From Ignavibacteriota bacterium (lineage in GTDB: Bacteria > Bacteroidota > Ignavibacteria > UBA10030 > UBA6906), in NCBI GenBank assembly GCA_963849385.1, contig CAWKHH010000006.1, forward strand, positions 381,394 through 445,393: a stretch of DNA of 64,000 nucleotides. Reading direction: 5' to 3'. Each line of letters starts with the position of its first letter. Position 1 is the first letter of the stretch. A program made the position numbers and the translations under genes. A model generated the notes under the pieces. The model was not told the origin of the DNA. It ran no database searches and worked only from the letters and a program-made list of their open reading frames with translations. Positions 20,194-29,493 of this stretch are shown piece after piece.

Positions 20194-21660
20194 TTAGCGG
20201 ACATCATAGCGCAGAAATGCTGCAAATGCTCCGGCGAAGGCCAGAAGCGACGCCAGCGCCAGCACCCCCGCATCCACCACCAGGCTCCCTGCTATCCCCC
20301 GCAAAGAACCTTCAGCAGGCGCAAAAACCGGAAGATCCGTGAGATCCAGAGATCCGCTTTCCCGGGGGGCAGAGAATTTTACTCCATGCTGGGAGTCAAA
20401 GGTAATCCTGAAGCCTCCCGCGCCGCCGGTTTCTTTCTGCTTTTTATCAACGTATTGATTGAATCGCGTCCGGTAGTCGCGCATCGCGTCTTCGTATCGC
20501 GCTTTGAGAGCGATCTCGGTCCCCGCCAGCTTCATAGCCGCGAGTTGATATGTGGAGGCAGGAGAAATTCGTGAGAGCGTCATGGCCAGCGCCTCCTGCG
20601 ACTCCTTTTTGTTTCGCAACTCTTCGTTCAGCCGCACGGAGAAAGCATCAACATCCTTCTGTACTTGCTTCCGTTTGGCATCGTCCTCGTCCATCCACGC
20701 CGCCATATGATCGTCGCGATATGTCTCACGCTCACTTTCTGTCAACCCGTGCATCTTCTCTTCCCGCTCACGCCAGGAGGCCTGCATCTGTTGCATATGC
20801 TTTTCCCATTCGTCCTTGGAGAACGCGTCCCGTTGCGCCTCCACCTCGGCAACCGTGGGCACGGGCATCATCTGACCGGCGGCCATGACGCCCATGCGGG
20901 GAACGATGAGCACCATCGTCACCCACACGACGAGCGACACGAGGAATGACACCACTGACCTGCGGGTAAGGCTCGACACAAGTATCCCGAAGATCACAAA
21001 GAACGTGAAGTACAGAAGCGACATCCCCATCAGCAACGAGAGCCGAAGCCAGTGCTCCCCGGTCAGCGGGACATCGTACAACAGGACCAGGAGCACACCG
21101 AGTAGCACCGGAATCACAAGCGGAATAGCCAGACCCGCCCACGAACCGATGAGCTTCGCCAGAATGTAGTGCGCCCGCGGCACCGGGTTGGCGAATGTCA
21201 ATTGCAGGGTGCCCCCTTCCCGTTCTCCGTTGATTGCATCGTAGGTGAAGAGAATGGCAAAGAGCGAGAGGACGACGGTCACAATGAACCCGAAATCAAT
21301 CGATCGGAACAGCGCAAAGAGAGGATCATCGGAGTACGCGCTGTGCCTCAACTTCACCGTTTCGAACTGGCTGACCGGCGACATTCTGCCGATGTCATTC
21401 ATCACCCCGGTCACAAAGACCTGCATCGGATCGGGTTTACGGTACACCCCTGTCGAAAGCCCCATCCATGAGGCCTGTGTCCGGAGGTTCTGATCGGTTA
21501 ACTGCAGTGCCGCCTCGTACCCCTGAACGGCCGCCCGGTATTCCCGGATGCCGATGAACACACTCAACAGAATCAGTACCGACGCCACGGCGAACGTGGC
21601 GGCGAATTTCGGACTGAGCAGTATAGCCTTGAGCTCTTTGATGACCAGTGTTGACAGCAT
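20194..21660 (-). CDS. ABC-2 type transporter permease with large C-terminal coiled-coil/extracytoplasmic insert (DUF3526-like architecture)
   Basis: 488 aa with an N-terminal TM, a loop and a cluster of 5 TM. A charged E/K/R-rich ~170-aa segment and a final TM follow. It is a paralogue of the next gene. Confidence 0.65.
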   Translation of the reverse strand: MLSTLVIKELKAILLSPKFAATFAVASVLILLSVFIGIREYRAAVQGYEAALQLTDQNLRTQASWMGLSTGVYRKPDPMQVFVTGVMNDIGRMSPVSQFETVKLRHSAYSDDPLFALFRSIDFGFIVTVVLSLFAILFTYDAINGEREGGTLQLTFANPVPRAHYILAKLIGSWAGLAIPLVIPVLLGVLLVLLYDVPLTGEHWLRLSLLMGMSLLYFTFFVIFGILVSSLTRRSVVSFLVSLVVWVTMVLIVPRMGVMAAGQMMPVPTVAEVEAQRDAFSKDEWEKHMQQMQASWREREEKMHGLTESERETYRDDHMAAWMDEDDAKRKQVQKDVDAFSVRLNEELRNKKESQEALAMTLSRISPASTYQLAAMKLAGTEIALKARYEDAMRDYRTRFNQYVDKKQKETGGAGGFRITFDSQHGVKFSAPRESGSLDLTDLPVFAPAEGSLRGIAGSLVVDAGVLALASLLAFAGAFAAFLRYDVR

Positions 21661-21699
21661 GGACGATCTCCTTTACATCCCAAATGGTGCAGCCACGGT

Positions 21700-23133
21700 C
21701 TAGCGCAGATCATACCGCAGGAATGCCACATGCGCGACTGCAAAGAACACCAGGCAGAACAGAGCCAGAACGCCAAGATCGATCAACCCGGCAGAGGCCA
21801 CTTCCACAAGCGTTGCGGGCTGGTAGATGAACGGCGGCGTCTCCTGCGGGTCGATGGTTTTGGGTTTCTCGCCGTCTCCCACCACCACCCTCAAGACCAT
21901 CCCACTGCCCGGGTTCACGCCGGTTTTCCCGAGCACGAATTTCGCAAACGTTTCCTGGTACTCCCGCGCTGCATTCCTGTATCGCTCTTTCAGATCCAGC
22001 GATGTCCCGGCAAGCGTCGTCGCGGCGAGTGAGAACGAGGCGGCAGGTGAGATACGCGCGATGCCGAATGCGAGTGCTTCCTGCACGGCCTGCTTGTTTG
22101 CCCGTTCCTCATGGAGCCGTGAAGAGAGTTCGTCGATTTTCTTCTGACGATTCTCCGCAATGTCTCCCATGAACTTCTGAAACTGGGCTATGGCTTTTTG
22201 CGGATCGCCGGTGCTCCGGAATTGCGACATTGTCGTGCGGTCCTCGGCCCATTGTTGTTGTGTGAACCGTGCGGTCTTCGCGCCGATCTCGTCAACAGAT
22301 GGCACCTCGACGGCCCGGCCAGCCAGGAGAACCGCACCACGCGGGATGATCAACACAGCAGAAATCCAGACCACCAGCAGGATCAGGAACGCATTCGAGG
22401 AGCGAAGAGTCAATGCGGAAACCGCAATGCCCAGCGTGAGAAAGGCCCCAAAGTAGAGCAGCCCGGCGACAACGATGAGCGCAAGCCGCATCCACTCGTC
22501 ACCTGCCATCGGCACACCCATGATTGGCAACATCAGGGAACCCAGCAGGAGCGGAATGAGAAGCGGCACCCCGAGGGCGAGGAAGGAACCGAGCAGTTTT
22601 CCTGTCATATATGTGCGACGTGACAACGGACCAGCAAAGGAGAGGCGCAAGGTGCCCCGCTCCTTCTCTCCACAGATGGCATCGTACGTAAAGAGAATGG
22701 CGAACAGCGACAGGACGATGACCACGATGAACTCCAGATCCAGGAACCGGAAGACTGCATAGACCGGCTCTTCATTGTACCTGCTGTCGTCCGGCGCCAC
22801 CTCGCCGCGTCCCCGAACCGGCGTGGTACGGCCAATGTCATTGGACACTCCAGCGACCAGCGACGCCAACACCTGGGGCGGAAGGAATATCCGGTGGTCG
22901 CGCACATTCAACCAATCGGTCACCCCTTCCATCTGTTTGAGATTCTCCTTTTTGGAAGCTTCATAGCGGGCCACACTCGTGTGATATTCCGTCGCACCGA
23001 CATAGAACGCGAGAAGGATCAGCAGCGAACAGACGGCGAACGCCACGGCGAATTTTGTCGAGCCGATGATCTCGCGCAGTTCCATTTCGATAATAAGCCG
23101 CATCATGGTTTCTCTCCTGTCGCCGCTGTTCAC
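21700..23133 (-). CDS. ABC-2 type transporter permease, paralogue of 20194..21660
   Basis: 477 aa with the same architecture. The GTG start overlaps the ATPase stop (GTGA). Confidence 0.65.
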   Translation of the reverse strand: MNSGDRRETMMRLIIEMELREIIGSTKFAVAFAVCSLLILLAFYVGATEYHTSVARYEASKKENLKQMEGVTDWLNVRDHRIFLPPQVLASLVAGVSNDIGRTTPVRGRGEVAPDDSRYNEEPVYAVFRFLDLEFIVVIVLSLFAILFTYDAICGEKERGTLRLSFAGPLSRRTYMTGKLLGSFLALGVPLLIPLLLGSLMLPIMGVPMAGDEWMRLALIVVAGLLYFGAFLTLGIAVSALTLRSSNAFLILLVVWISAVLIIPRGAVLLAGRAVEVPSVDEIGAKTARFTQQQWAEDRTTMSQFRSTGDPQKAIAQFQKFMGDIAENRQKKIDELSSRLHEERANKQAVQEALAFGIARISPAASFSLAATTLAGTSLDLKERYRNAAREYQETFAKFVLGKTGVNPGSGMVLRVVVGDGEKPKTIDPQETPPFIYQPATLVEVASAGLIDLGVLALFCLVFFAVAHVAFLRYDLR

Positions 23134-23906
23134 GCCGCGTTGCCGGTGTGACCGGCGATGTACTGCATATAGAGCTGCTCCAGGCTCTGTCCAACGAGCT
23201 CGGCCGCCGGCCGCTGCATGACGAGCATGCCGCGGTTCATGATACCCACAGAATCGGCCACTTCTTTCGCACGGAAGATATCATGCGTGGACATCAGAAT
23301 GGCTTTCCCTTCCGCACGCAACGCCTTCAGCAGCCCGATGAACTCGAATCCCGCCTGCGGGTCCAGCCCGGAGGTCGGCTCATCCAGCAGAATCGCCGGC
23401 GCATTCTTGAGAATCGCAATGGCAATGCCGCACTTCTGCCGCATGCCTTTCGAGAAACCCTTGAGCCGTTTGTGATGAGCTTCCTCGTCCAGTCCAACCC
23501 GCAGGAGGACCTCCCGGCATTCGTCGCGGGTGACGTCGCGCCGTCCGCCGAGGCGAGTGAAGTACTCCAGATTCTGGAGTGCCGTGAAATTGGGGTACAA
23601 CATCACGTTCTCGGAAACAAACGCAATCTTGCTTTTTGCCCGGAGCGGTTCTTTGTGCGTCACGATCCCGTCAATTCTGGCCTCGCCTTCTGTGGGCTCG
23701 ATGAAATTCAAGAACAGGTTAATTGTTGTCGTCTTCCCTGCACCGTTTCCGCCGAGCATCGCATACACTTGTCCAGGAAAGACAGTGAACGAAACATGGT
23801 CGAGAGCGAGCACGCCGTCTTCGTAGCGTTTCGTCAATCCCACAGCTTCAAACATCGGTGTCGATGGCATTGTCGGCTCCATGTGTGTGTAGTGTTGTCC
23901 CCGCAT
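23130..23906 (-). CDS. ABC transporter ATP-binding protein
   Basis: Walker A GGNGAGKTT, signature/Walker B region ILLDEPTSGLD, and H-loop STHD. Confidence 0.9.
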   Translation of the reverse strand: MRGQHYTHMEPTMPSTPMFEAVGLTKRYEDGVLALDHVSFTVFPGQVYAMLGGNGAGKTTTINLFLNFIEPTEGEARIDGIVTHKEPLRAKSKIAFVSENVMLYPNFTALQNLEYFTRLGGRRDVTRDECREVLLRVGLDEEAHHKRLKGFSKGMRQKCGIAIAILKNAPAILLDEPTSGLDPQAGFEFIGLLKALRAEGKAILMSTHDIFRAKEVADSVGIMNRGMLVMQRPAAELVGQSLEQLYMQYIAGHTGNAA

Positions 23907-23915
23907 TACCCATAT

Positions 23916-25403
23916 CTACTTCTTTGAAAGACGTATCCCGAACACCACCAATCCGGCGACCAACCCCAGGATGAGCACGACAATCAGCACCGTGCCGACG
24001 ATGTTCGTCCCGGCAGCTATCTCGACGGTCACGGTTTTGTCTTCGGCGTTCACCGGCCGGTTGTCCGACAATGCGCTGGTACGGAGGCGGATCTCGTATC
24101 TTCCTGTGGCGACACCGAGGGGCGGTGTGAATGTGAGTTCAACCCTCCGTTCTTCGCCGATATTCAGCGTCGGGATCACAGATGGCTGCACGCTCTTTGT
24201 CCAGTTGAGGGGTGGATCGATCTTCACCTCCGCGTTGTCCAATCTCCGGGTCCCTTCGTTCACAAGTTCCACAGACATCGTCACGCTCCCATCCGCCGGA
24301 ATACTCTGAAAGAGCTGGGGCGCGCGCACAAGCAATCGGCCCTGGCCGCGCGGGACGAGCTCGAGCTTCACATACCCTACATTCAGGCGGTCGATCTCCT
24401 CCTGCGTCCATTGCTTCGTCTGGAGATCTCCAAGGCTCTTTGACTGCTCGCGCCCGATCACCACAACGAAGAATGGAATCGGCTTGTCCATTAACACCTG
24501 TTCCGTCGGGCGATCGGGAAGAGACACTTCCAGTGCGGCTTTGCGTGTGTTCGTCGACTCCGTGAATTTAAACTGGCTGAGCCGGGCCTGTCCGGCGGGA
24601 TCCTTGAAAAAGCGGTCGATCTGCGGGGGCAGATTGAGCACCTCCAGCCCGAACGTGTTGCTGACACCGCTGAAAAGCTCGAGTGTGAGATCGAACGTTG
24701 CGGATTTGCCCAGCTCGATTTCCTGCGAAAACTGCTGCGATTGAACAATCACCCTGTTGACCGAAGCATCTTTCTGAAGAAATATCTTCATCGTCCGCGA
24801 CGTGCCGTTGCCGTAGATCATGTTCACCGTCACCGCGTCCAGATCCTGCAACAATGCGAAATCCAGCATCTGCGGTTCACCATGCTTCAGTTGGCCAATC
24901 TTCGCCTCATAGGGCTGACTGATGATCGCCCCTTCGGCATTCGATATCGACAGGTAGACATTGTTCACAACATCGGGTTGAAGCGACCGGAACAACTTGT
25001 CGTCAATATTGAGCAGTTTCTGAAATTCGGCTGTGGCGCCCGACGTGTTTTCCACCGTGAGCCGGACGTGCTTGCCGCCGTCTCGGGCCTGGTACTTGAC
25101 GGCCTTCGCAACCGAAACGAATTGTTGTTCGAAGAGGACCGCCAGCAATGATTGCTGATAGTTGACCTCTGCATCGGCAAAGATGTTGCGTGAACGGTCG
25201 AGCTCAGCCTGGGAGACCAGCTTCCGCCCGTAGAGCTCCTGTTCGCGGTCGTAGTCCCGCTTCGCCATTTCGTACGCTTCCTTGGCACGCTTCAAGCCGA
25301 GAACACGGTACTTGTCGTCTCTCTGGTTGTAGTTCACCTGGGCAATGGCAGAAGCAGCCAGAATAAGTGCGCAGAGGAGTACTGCGGCCCGTTGACGGTT
25401 CAT
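23916..25403 (-). CDS. secreted coiled-coil (HlyD-adaptor-like hairpin) + tandem Ig-like NEW3/CARDB-type domains + C-terminal TM anchor
   Basis: Signal peptide, then LKRAKEAYEMAKRDYDREQELYGRKLVSQAELDRSRNIFADAEVNY. The C-terminal region reads VELVNEGTRRLDNAEVKIDPPLNW...GRYEIRLRTS, followed by the TM IVGTVLIVVLILGLVAGLVVFGI. Confidence 0.5.
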   Translation of the reverse strand: MNRQRAAVLLCALILAASAIAQVNYNQRDDKYRVLGLKRAKEAYEMAKRDYDREQELYGRKLVSQAELDRSRNIFADAEVNYQQSLLAVLFEQQFVSVAKAVKYQARDGGKHVRLTVENTSGATAEFQKLLNIDDKLFRSLQPDVVNNVYLSISNAEGAIISQPYEAKIGQLKHGEPQMLDFALLQDLDAVTVNMIYGNGTSRTMKIFLQKDASVNRVIVQSQQFSQEIELGKSATFDLTLELFSGVSNTFGLEVLNLPPQIDRFFKDPAGQARLSQFKFTESTNTRKAALEVSLPDRPTEQVLMDKPIPFFVVVIGREQSKSLGDLQTKQWTQEEIDRLNVGYVKLELVPRGQGRLLVRAPQLFQSIPADGSVTMSVELVNEGTRRLDNAEVKIDPPLNWTKSVQPSVIPTLNIGEERRVELTFTPPLGVATGRYEIRLRTSALSDNRPVNAEDKTVTVEIAAGTNIVGTVLIVVLILGLVAGLVVFGIRLSKK

Positions 25404-26161
25404 TCCGGTTTCCGCTTCATGATGACACCACCCATGGGTTTCGGCCGCACAAAGGAAATCTCCCTGCTGACTCCCTTGCGCTCGGTCTGCCAGGTCACCC
25501 GATCACCGACAGCGATGGCATCGAAGACCGCAGTGTACGAGCCGAGCGTGGAAACCCGCTTGCCGTTAATGACCCGAATGATGTCTCCCTGCCTGACGTC
25601 CAACCCTTTAATCGCTGCGTCCTCCATTTCGATCATAGACTGGATAACCACGGCATTGTCCTTTTCCTTAAGTATGACGCCCACCGCCGGGAAAACCTGA
25701 GTCCCATCATTACCATCCGTCACGATCCGGATGGTGCGCTTGGGCAGGTCTTTGGGGTCTGCTTTGGGAAAAGCGACATACATCATTTGCTGCCCCCTCT
25801 GGATCCCGAGCTTCACCTCGGATCCTACGGCCACCGCGGCATGGGCCGCCGAGAGTTCCCCGATGGTCTTGACCCGCTTTCCGTTCACCATGAGGATCAG
25901 ATCTCCGGCCCGCAGGTCCACATTCTTGTACTGCTCCCGGCGGCTCTCAGCGGGGGGCACCACACCGACGTTCAGGTCCTTTCCTGATTTCGTCACAATG
26001 GCATCGAGTTCCGGAATCGGGAAGGCCGCGCCCTCGATTCTCCGGAACACCTTCGCGGAGTCGGGCGGACCGAAGGCATATGACGTGCCCGCAGTGAGAG
26101 AGCACATCAACAGGGCTGCGGTGAGTGTGCTTCGCACGATGGATGACGCTGGTGTCTGCAT
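25400..26161 (-). CDS. secreted double-PDZ domain protein (no protease domain)
   Basis: Signal peptide and two PDZ-like cores, GDLILMVNGKRVKTIGEL and GDIIRVINGKRVSTLGSY. Confidence 0.65.
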   Translation of the reverse strand: MQTPASSIVRSTLTAALLMCSLTAGTSYAFGPPDSAKVFRRIEGAAFPIPELDAIVTKSGKDLNVGVVPPAESRREQYKNVDLRAGDLILMVNGKRVKTIGELSAAHAAVAVGSEVKLGIQRGQQMMYVAFPKADPKDLPKRTIRIVTDGNDGTQVFPAVGVILKEKDNAVVIQSMIEMEDAAIKGLDVRQGDIIRVINGKRVSTLGSYTAVFDAIAVGDRVTWQTERKGVSREISFVRPKPMGGVIMKRKPE

Positions 26162-26248
26162 GGGACCCGCTCCTCTGAACGATGTGTGGAACTATCGGGG
26201 ATGACTGCTTTCGGTACGGCAAGATAATGACGCAGTTGCAGAAAACAC

Positions 26249-26283
26249 AGTTAAAGAGTGTTAGAGTCTGTTAACACATGTTA
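26249..26283. promoter_or_regulatory. four helically phased direct repeats (A/T)GTTA at exact 10-bp spacing in the divergent ABC-operon / two-component intergenic region
   Basis: AGTTA at 26249 and TGTTA at 26259, 26269 and 26279. TATATT at 26313-26318. Confidence 0.45.
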
Positions 26284-26323
26284 TCGGGCGGGACTTTGAG
26301 CGTGCAGGGTCGTATATTGCAGC

Positions 26324-27940
26324 ATGACGTCGGGACGGCACATAATGCCCTGGGTTATCGGGCTGACAATCTTCGCACTGGTCGGACTCATTGTGCTTCA
26401 GGCATTCCTTCTCAACAGCTCGTACGAGTTGAAGGAGCAGGCCTTTGCGCGGAACGTCTGGTCTGCCTTGCTGTCCGCATCGTTCAAAATGCAGGCCGGC
26501 GAAACACTCACGCAGGTGTTCAGAGTCGGCGTCACACGGAACCAACCGGGCAGTCGTGTGATCCGCACCGAAACCCTCTACAGCTCCAACGATACTCTCC
26601 TGCGGCGCGAGAAGTATGGACACCCGCGTTCCCCCGTCGTGCGCAATAGCGTACGCTTCGACGGCAACAGTTTCGAATACCGCGTTGACAACCTCGATCG
26701 TGACAGTGTCCCTGCCAACCGGGTGCAGAAACGGGACAGCGTCGCCATGTTCGTCCAGATGGCGCAAGGGGAAGGGAATGGATTCATCCGGAAGTTGACA
26801 GCCGATTCAGCACGTGCAGTATTCGTGGCCCGGGTAGTGGACAATCTGCAGAACAGCGACAGGGAGCCGCTGACCCGCAGATTCAATCCCGCCACTCTGG
26901 ATTCCGTGTTGAAGCTCAGTATGCAGGAAGCCGGCATAACCCTGGATTTTGCCTGGGGCGTTCTCACCGCACGGAGCGACAGCGGAATGGCGGACACGGT
27001 CCAGATGGCACATCCGGCGGAGGCTGCCGCGTCGCTCATGACGTCCGAGTTCCACACGCCTCTTTCCCCGCTTAACCCGTTCGGCGCGCATGAGCGATTG
27101 GCGGTCGATTTCCCGCGACGGAATATCTATGTAGTGCGGCAAATGTGGCCGACGCTGGCGGCGTCATTTGTCTTCATCGCACTCATCGCTCTGGCGTTTG
27201 TGTACACGATACGCACCATCATCAGGCAGCAGCGTCTAGCCCTGCACATGGTCGATTTCGTCAACACGATGACGCACGAGTTCAAAACCCCGCTGTCTAC
27301 CGTGACCCTTGCCTCTGAGGCCATACATCGTCCGGATGTTGTCGGACGCAAGTCCAGGGTTCTGCGTTATAGCCGGATGATTACCGACGAAGCGGCACGC
27401 ATGAAACTGCAGGTCGATCGCATACTGCAGGTGGCCCAGCTCGAGGACGGCGATCTGGAGCTCTCGCTCGGGGAGCTTCGCATGCACGACCTCATTTGCA
27501 CGACGGCCGGCGCCTTTGCCTTGCAGGTGGAAGCACGCGGGGGCACACTTGCTCTTGACCTTGCTGCAGACGATGATCTCGTGAACGGCGATCCCGTCCA
27601 CCTCGGGAACGTTCTGCGAAGCATTCTGGACAATGCCAACAAGTATTCGCCTGCGGTGCCGGCAATTGTCGTGCGCTCCGGACGGCGGGAAGGGATGTTT
27701 ACCGTTCAGGTGTCGGATAGCGGGATCGGTATCGCCGCTGAGCACCAGAAGCGGGTCTTTGACAAATTCTACCGCGTGCCGAAGGGAAATCTCCACGACG
27801 TCAAGGGTTTCGGCATCGGGCTCAGCTACGTGAAGCTCCTTGTCGAAGCTCACGGGGGAACGGTGTCGTTGGAGAGCGCCCCCGGGGGCGGGACAACCGT
27901 CACTCTGACGCTTCCCCTGTGGCGGCGTACGCCGGCCTGA
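26324..27940 (+). CDS. sensor histidine kinase
   Basis: HisKA H-box MTHEFKTPLSTV. HATPase_c N/G boxes NANKYSP, DSGIGIAAEHQKRVFDKFYRV and GFGIGLSYVKLLVEAHGG. Two TM segments flank a periplasmic region. Confidence 0.9.
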   Translation: MTSGRHIMPWVIGLTIFALVGLIVLQAFLLNSSYELKEQAFARNVWSALLSASFKMQAGETLTQVFRVGVTRNQPGSRVIRTETLYSSNDTLLRREKYGHPRSPVVRNSVRFDGNSFEYRVDNLDRDSVPANRVQKRDSVAMFVQMAQGEGNGFIRKLTADSARAVFVARVVDNLQNSDREPLTRRFNPATLDSVLKLSMQEAGITLDFAWGVLTARSDSGMADTVQMAHPAEAAASLMTSEFHTPLSPLNPFGAHERLAVDFPRRNIYVVRQMWPTLAASFVFIALIALAFVYTIRTIIRQQRLALHMVDFVNTMTHEFKTPLSTVTLASEAIHRPDVVGRKSRVLRYSRMITDEAARMKLQVDRILQVAQLEDGDLELSLGELRMHDLICTTAGAFALQVEARGGTLALDLAADDDLVNGDPVHLGNVLRSILDNANKYSPAVPAIVVRSGRREGMFTVQVSDSGIGIAAEHQKRVFDKFYRVPKGNLHDVKGFGIGLSYVKLLVEAHGGTVSLESAPGGGTTVTLTLPLWRRTPA

Positions 27941-27987
27941 TACCGGGGGCCGCTCCGGGAATAGTGTTTTTCTCATCTGAGGATGCC

Positions 27988-28680
27988 GTGCGCAAGCAGT
28001 CGATTCTCCTTCTTGAAGATGATCCAAACCTCGGACTCATCCTCCAGGAACATCTGGCGATGAACGGATATGACACCACGCTGGCCGTCGACGGGGCGGA
28101 AGGGTTCGCGGCATACCGGAAGGGGCGGTATGATCTCTGCCTTGTCGATGTCATGATGCCTCGTATGGACGGTTTCACGTTCGCCCGCGAGGTGCGGCGC
28201 ATCGATCAGAACACCCCGCTGATATTCTTAACCGCGAAATCGCTGAGAGAGGATCGGATTGAGGGGCTGAAAATCGGGGCCGACGACTACGTCACCAAAC
28301 CCTTCAGCATGGAGGAACTCCTTCTCCGCATCCAGGCCGTACTCAAACGGACCGGAAAGGATGATCGCGGCGCGGAGACTCCGGCCGAGTTCACCATCGG
28401 ATCGTACACATTCCAGCATGGAAAACGGACCCTCCTTCGCAAGGGGCGTTCGCGTCGATTGACGGCGCGCGAAGCCGATCTCCTGAGATTACTCTGCCTT
28501 CACATGAATGCCACGCTTGACAGGAACGAAGCATTGAAAGAACTCTGGGGAGACGACAGCCATTTCAACAGCCGGAGCATGGACGTCTTTGTCTCCAAGC
28601 TCCGCCGTTATCTCCACGACGATCCCGCGGTGGAAATCCTGACCGAGCACGGGCGGGGGCTCAGACTTCTTGCCGGATGA
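27988..28680 (+). CDS. OmpR-family response regulator
   Basis: The GTG start after GAGGA gives 230 aa. Receiver motifs ILLLEDD and DLCLVDVMMPRMDG, with a winged-helix C-terminus (LTAREADLLRLL...GRGLRL). Confidence 0.85.
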   Translation: MRKQSILLLEDDPNLGLILQEHLAMNGYDTTLAVDGAEGFAAYRKGRYDLCLVDVMMPRMDGFTFAREVRRIDQNTPLIFLTAKSLREDRIEGLKIGADDYVTKPFSMEELLLRIQAVLKRTGKDDRGAETPAEFTIGSYTFQHGKRTLLRKGRSRRLTAREADLLRLLCLHMNATLDRNEALKELWGDDSHFNSRSMDVFVSKLRRYLHDDPAVEILTEHGRGLRLLAG

Positions 28681-28684
28681 GCGC

Positions 28685-28713
28685 TTGACATTGCGTCGAA
28701 CTATTTCTATATT
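28685..28713 (+). promoter_or_regulatory. sigma70-type promoter TTGACA-N17-TATATT for the ArsR-DUF2087 gene
   Basis: TTGACA at 28685-28690, an exact 17-nt spacer, and TATATT at 28708-28713. AGGAG at 28731 and ATG at 28741. Confidence 0.6.
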
Positions 28714-28726
28714 TATCGAAATAGTT
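28699..28726. promoter_or_regulatory. inverted repeat AACTATTTC-N10-GAAATAGTT straddling the -10 element (candidate ArsR-type operator)
   Basis: Perfect 9-nt arms at 28699-28707 and 28718-28726. Confidence 0.55.
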
Positions 28727-28740
28727 TTACAGGAGATGCA

Positions 28741-29349
28741 ATGCCCCATATTGAACACTTCGACCAGTACGTACGCTTCTTCAAAGTCCTCGGAGAACCC
28801 CAGCGTCTGAGAATCGTGGGATTGCTCGCGCAATCCCCCCACACCGTGGAACAGATCGCCAAGACCCTGAAGATCGGCGTCTCCACGGTGTCGCACCACC
28901 TTTCCCGATTGTCTGACGCCGGTCTCGTCTCGGCAAAAGCGGAAAGCTACTACAGCATTTACCGGCTCAACTCCGGCGTGCTGCGGGATATGGCCAGGAC
29001 GCTGCTCCATCAAGCGGAAGAACCTGCACCGGCGGGAGCCGGGAATCCCGACGCGTTCGAACGAAAGGTGCTTGCAACGTTTACGGAAGCCGATGGGCGG
29101 ATTACAGCCTTTCCGGTCCAGGAGAAGAAATATCTCGTGCTGGTCCGTCATGTGCTTACAGCCTTCGAGCCGGGTGTCCGCTATACTGAAAAGCGTCTGA
29201 ATCAGATTCTGGCAAACTTCAATGAAGACACTGCACGATTGCGCAGATCCCTCGTGGATTACCAGTATATGGCGAGGGAAGGGGGCGGAGGGAAATACTG
29301 GAGAATCGACATCCCCGCCAGTGGCAAGCTTCAGGTGCGGACCAGGTAG
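28741..29349 (+). CDS. ArsR-family HTH regulator fused to DUF2087-like C-terminal domain
   Basis: HTVEQIAKTLKIGVSTVSHHLSRLSDAGLV recognition-helix region, AGGAG RBS, and the sigma70-like promoter and operator listed below. Confidence 0.7.
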   Translation: MPHIEHFDQYVRFFKVLGEPQRLRIVGLLAQSPHTVEQIAKTLKIGVSTVSHHLSRLSDAGLVSAKAESYYSIYRLNSGVLRDMARTLLHQAEEPAPAGAGNPDAFERKVLATFTEADGRITAFPVQEKKYLVLVRHVLTAFEPGVRYTEKRLNQILANFNEDTARLRRSLVDYQYMAREGGGGKYWRIDIPASGKLQVRTR

Positions 29350-29360
29350 AGGGCGGTGAT

Positions 29361-29385
29361 ATCGTCGTGGGGTATCGTCGTGGGG
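29361..29385. repeat. tandem direct repeat ATCGTCGTGGGG (T) ATCGTCGTGGGG in the ArsR-GH2 intergenic region
   Basis: Two exact 12-mers at 29361-29372 and 29374-29385. Confidence 0.7.
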
Positions 29386-29493
29386 CAGCAGCCGCTTGCT
29401 TTTGGAACGGCGATTCCCGTATATCGAACACTTCCTTTCCAGCAAATGTTCCGGAGTGAATACTACAGTCACCTTCCGACGAAAGGGGCACAA

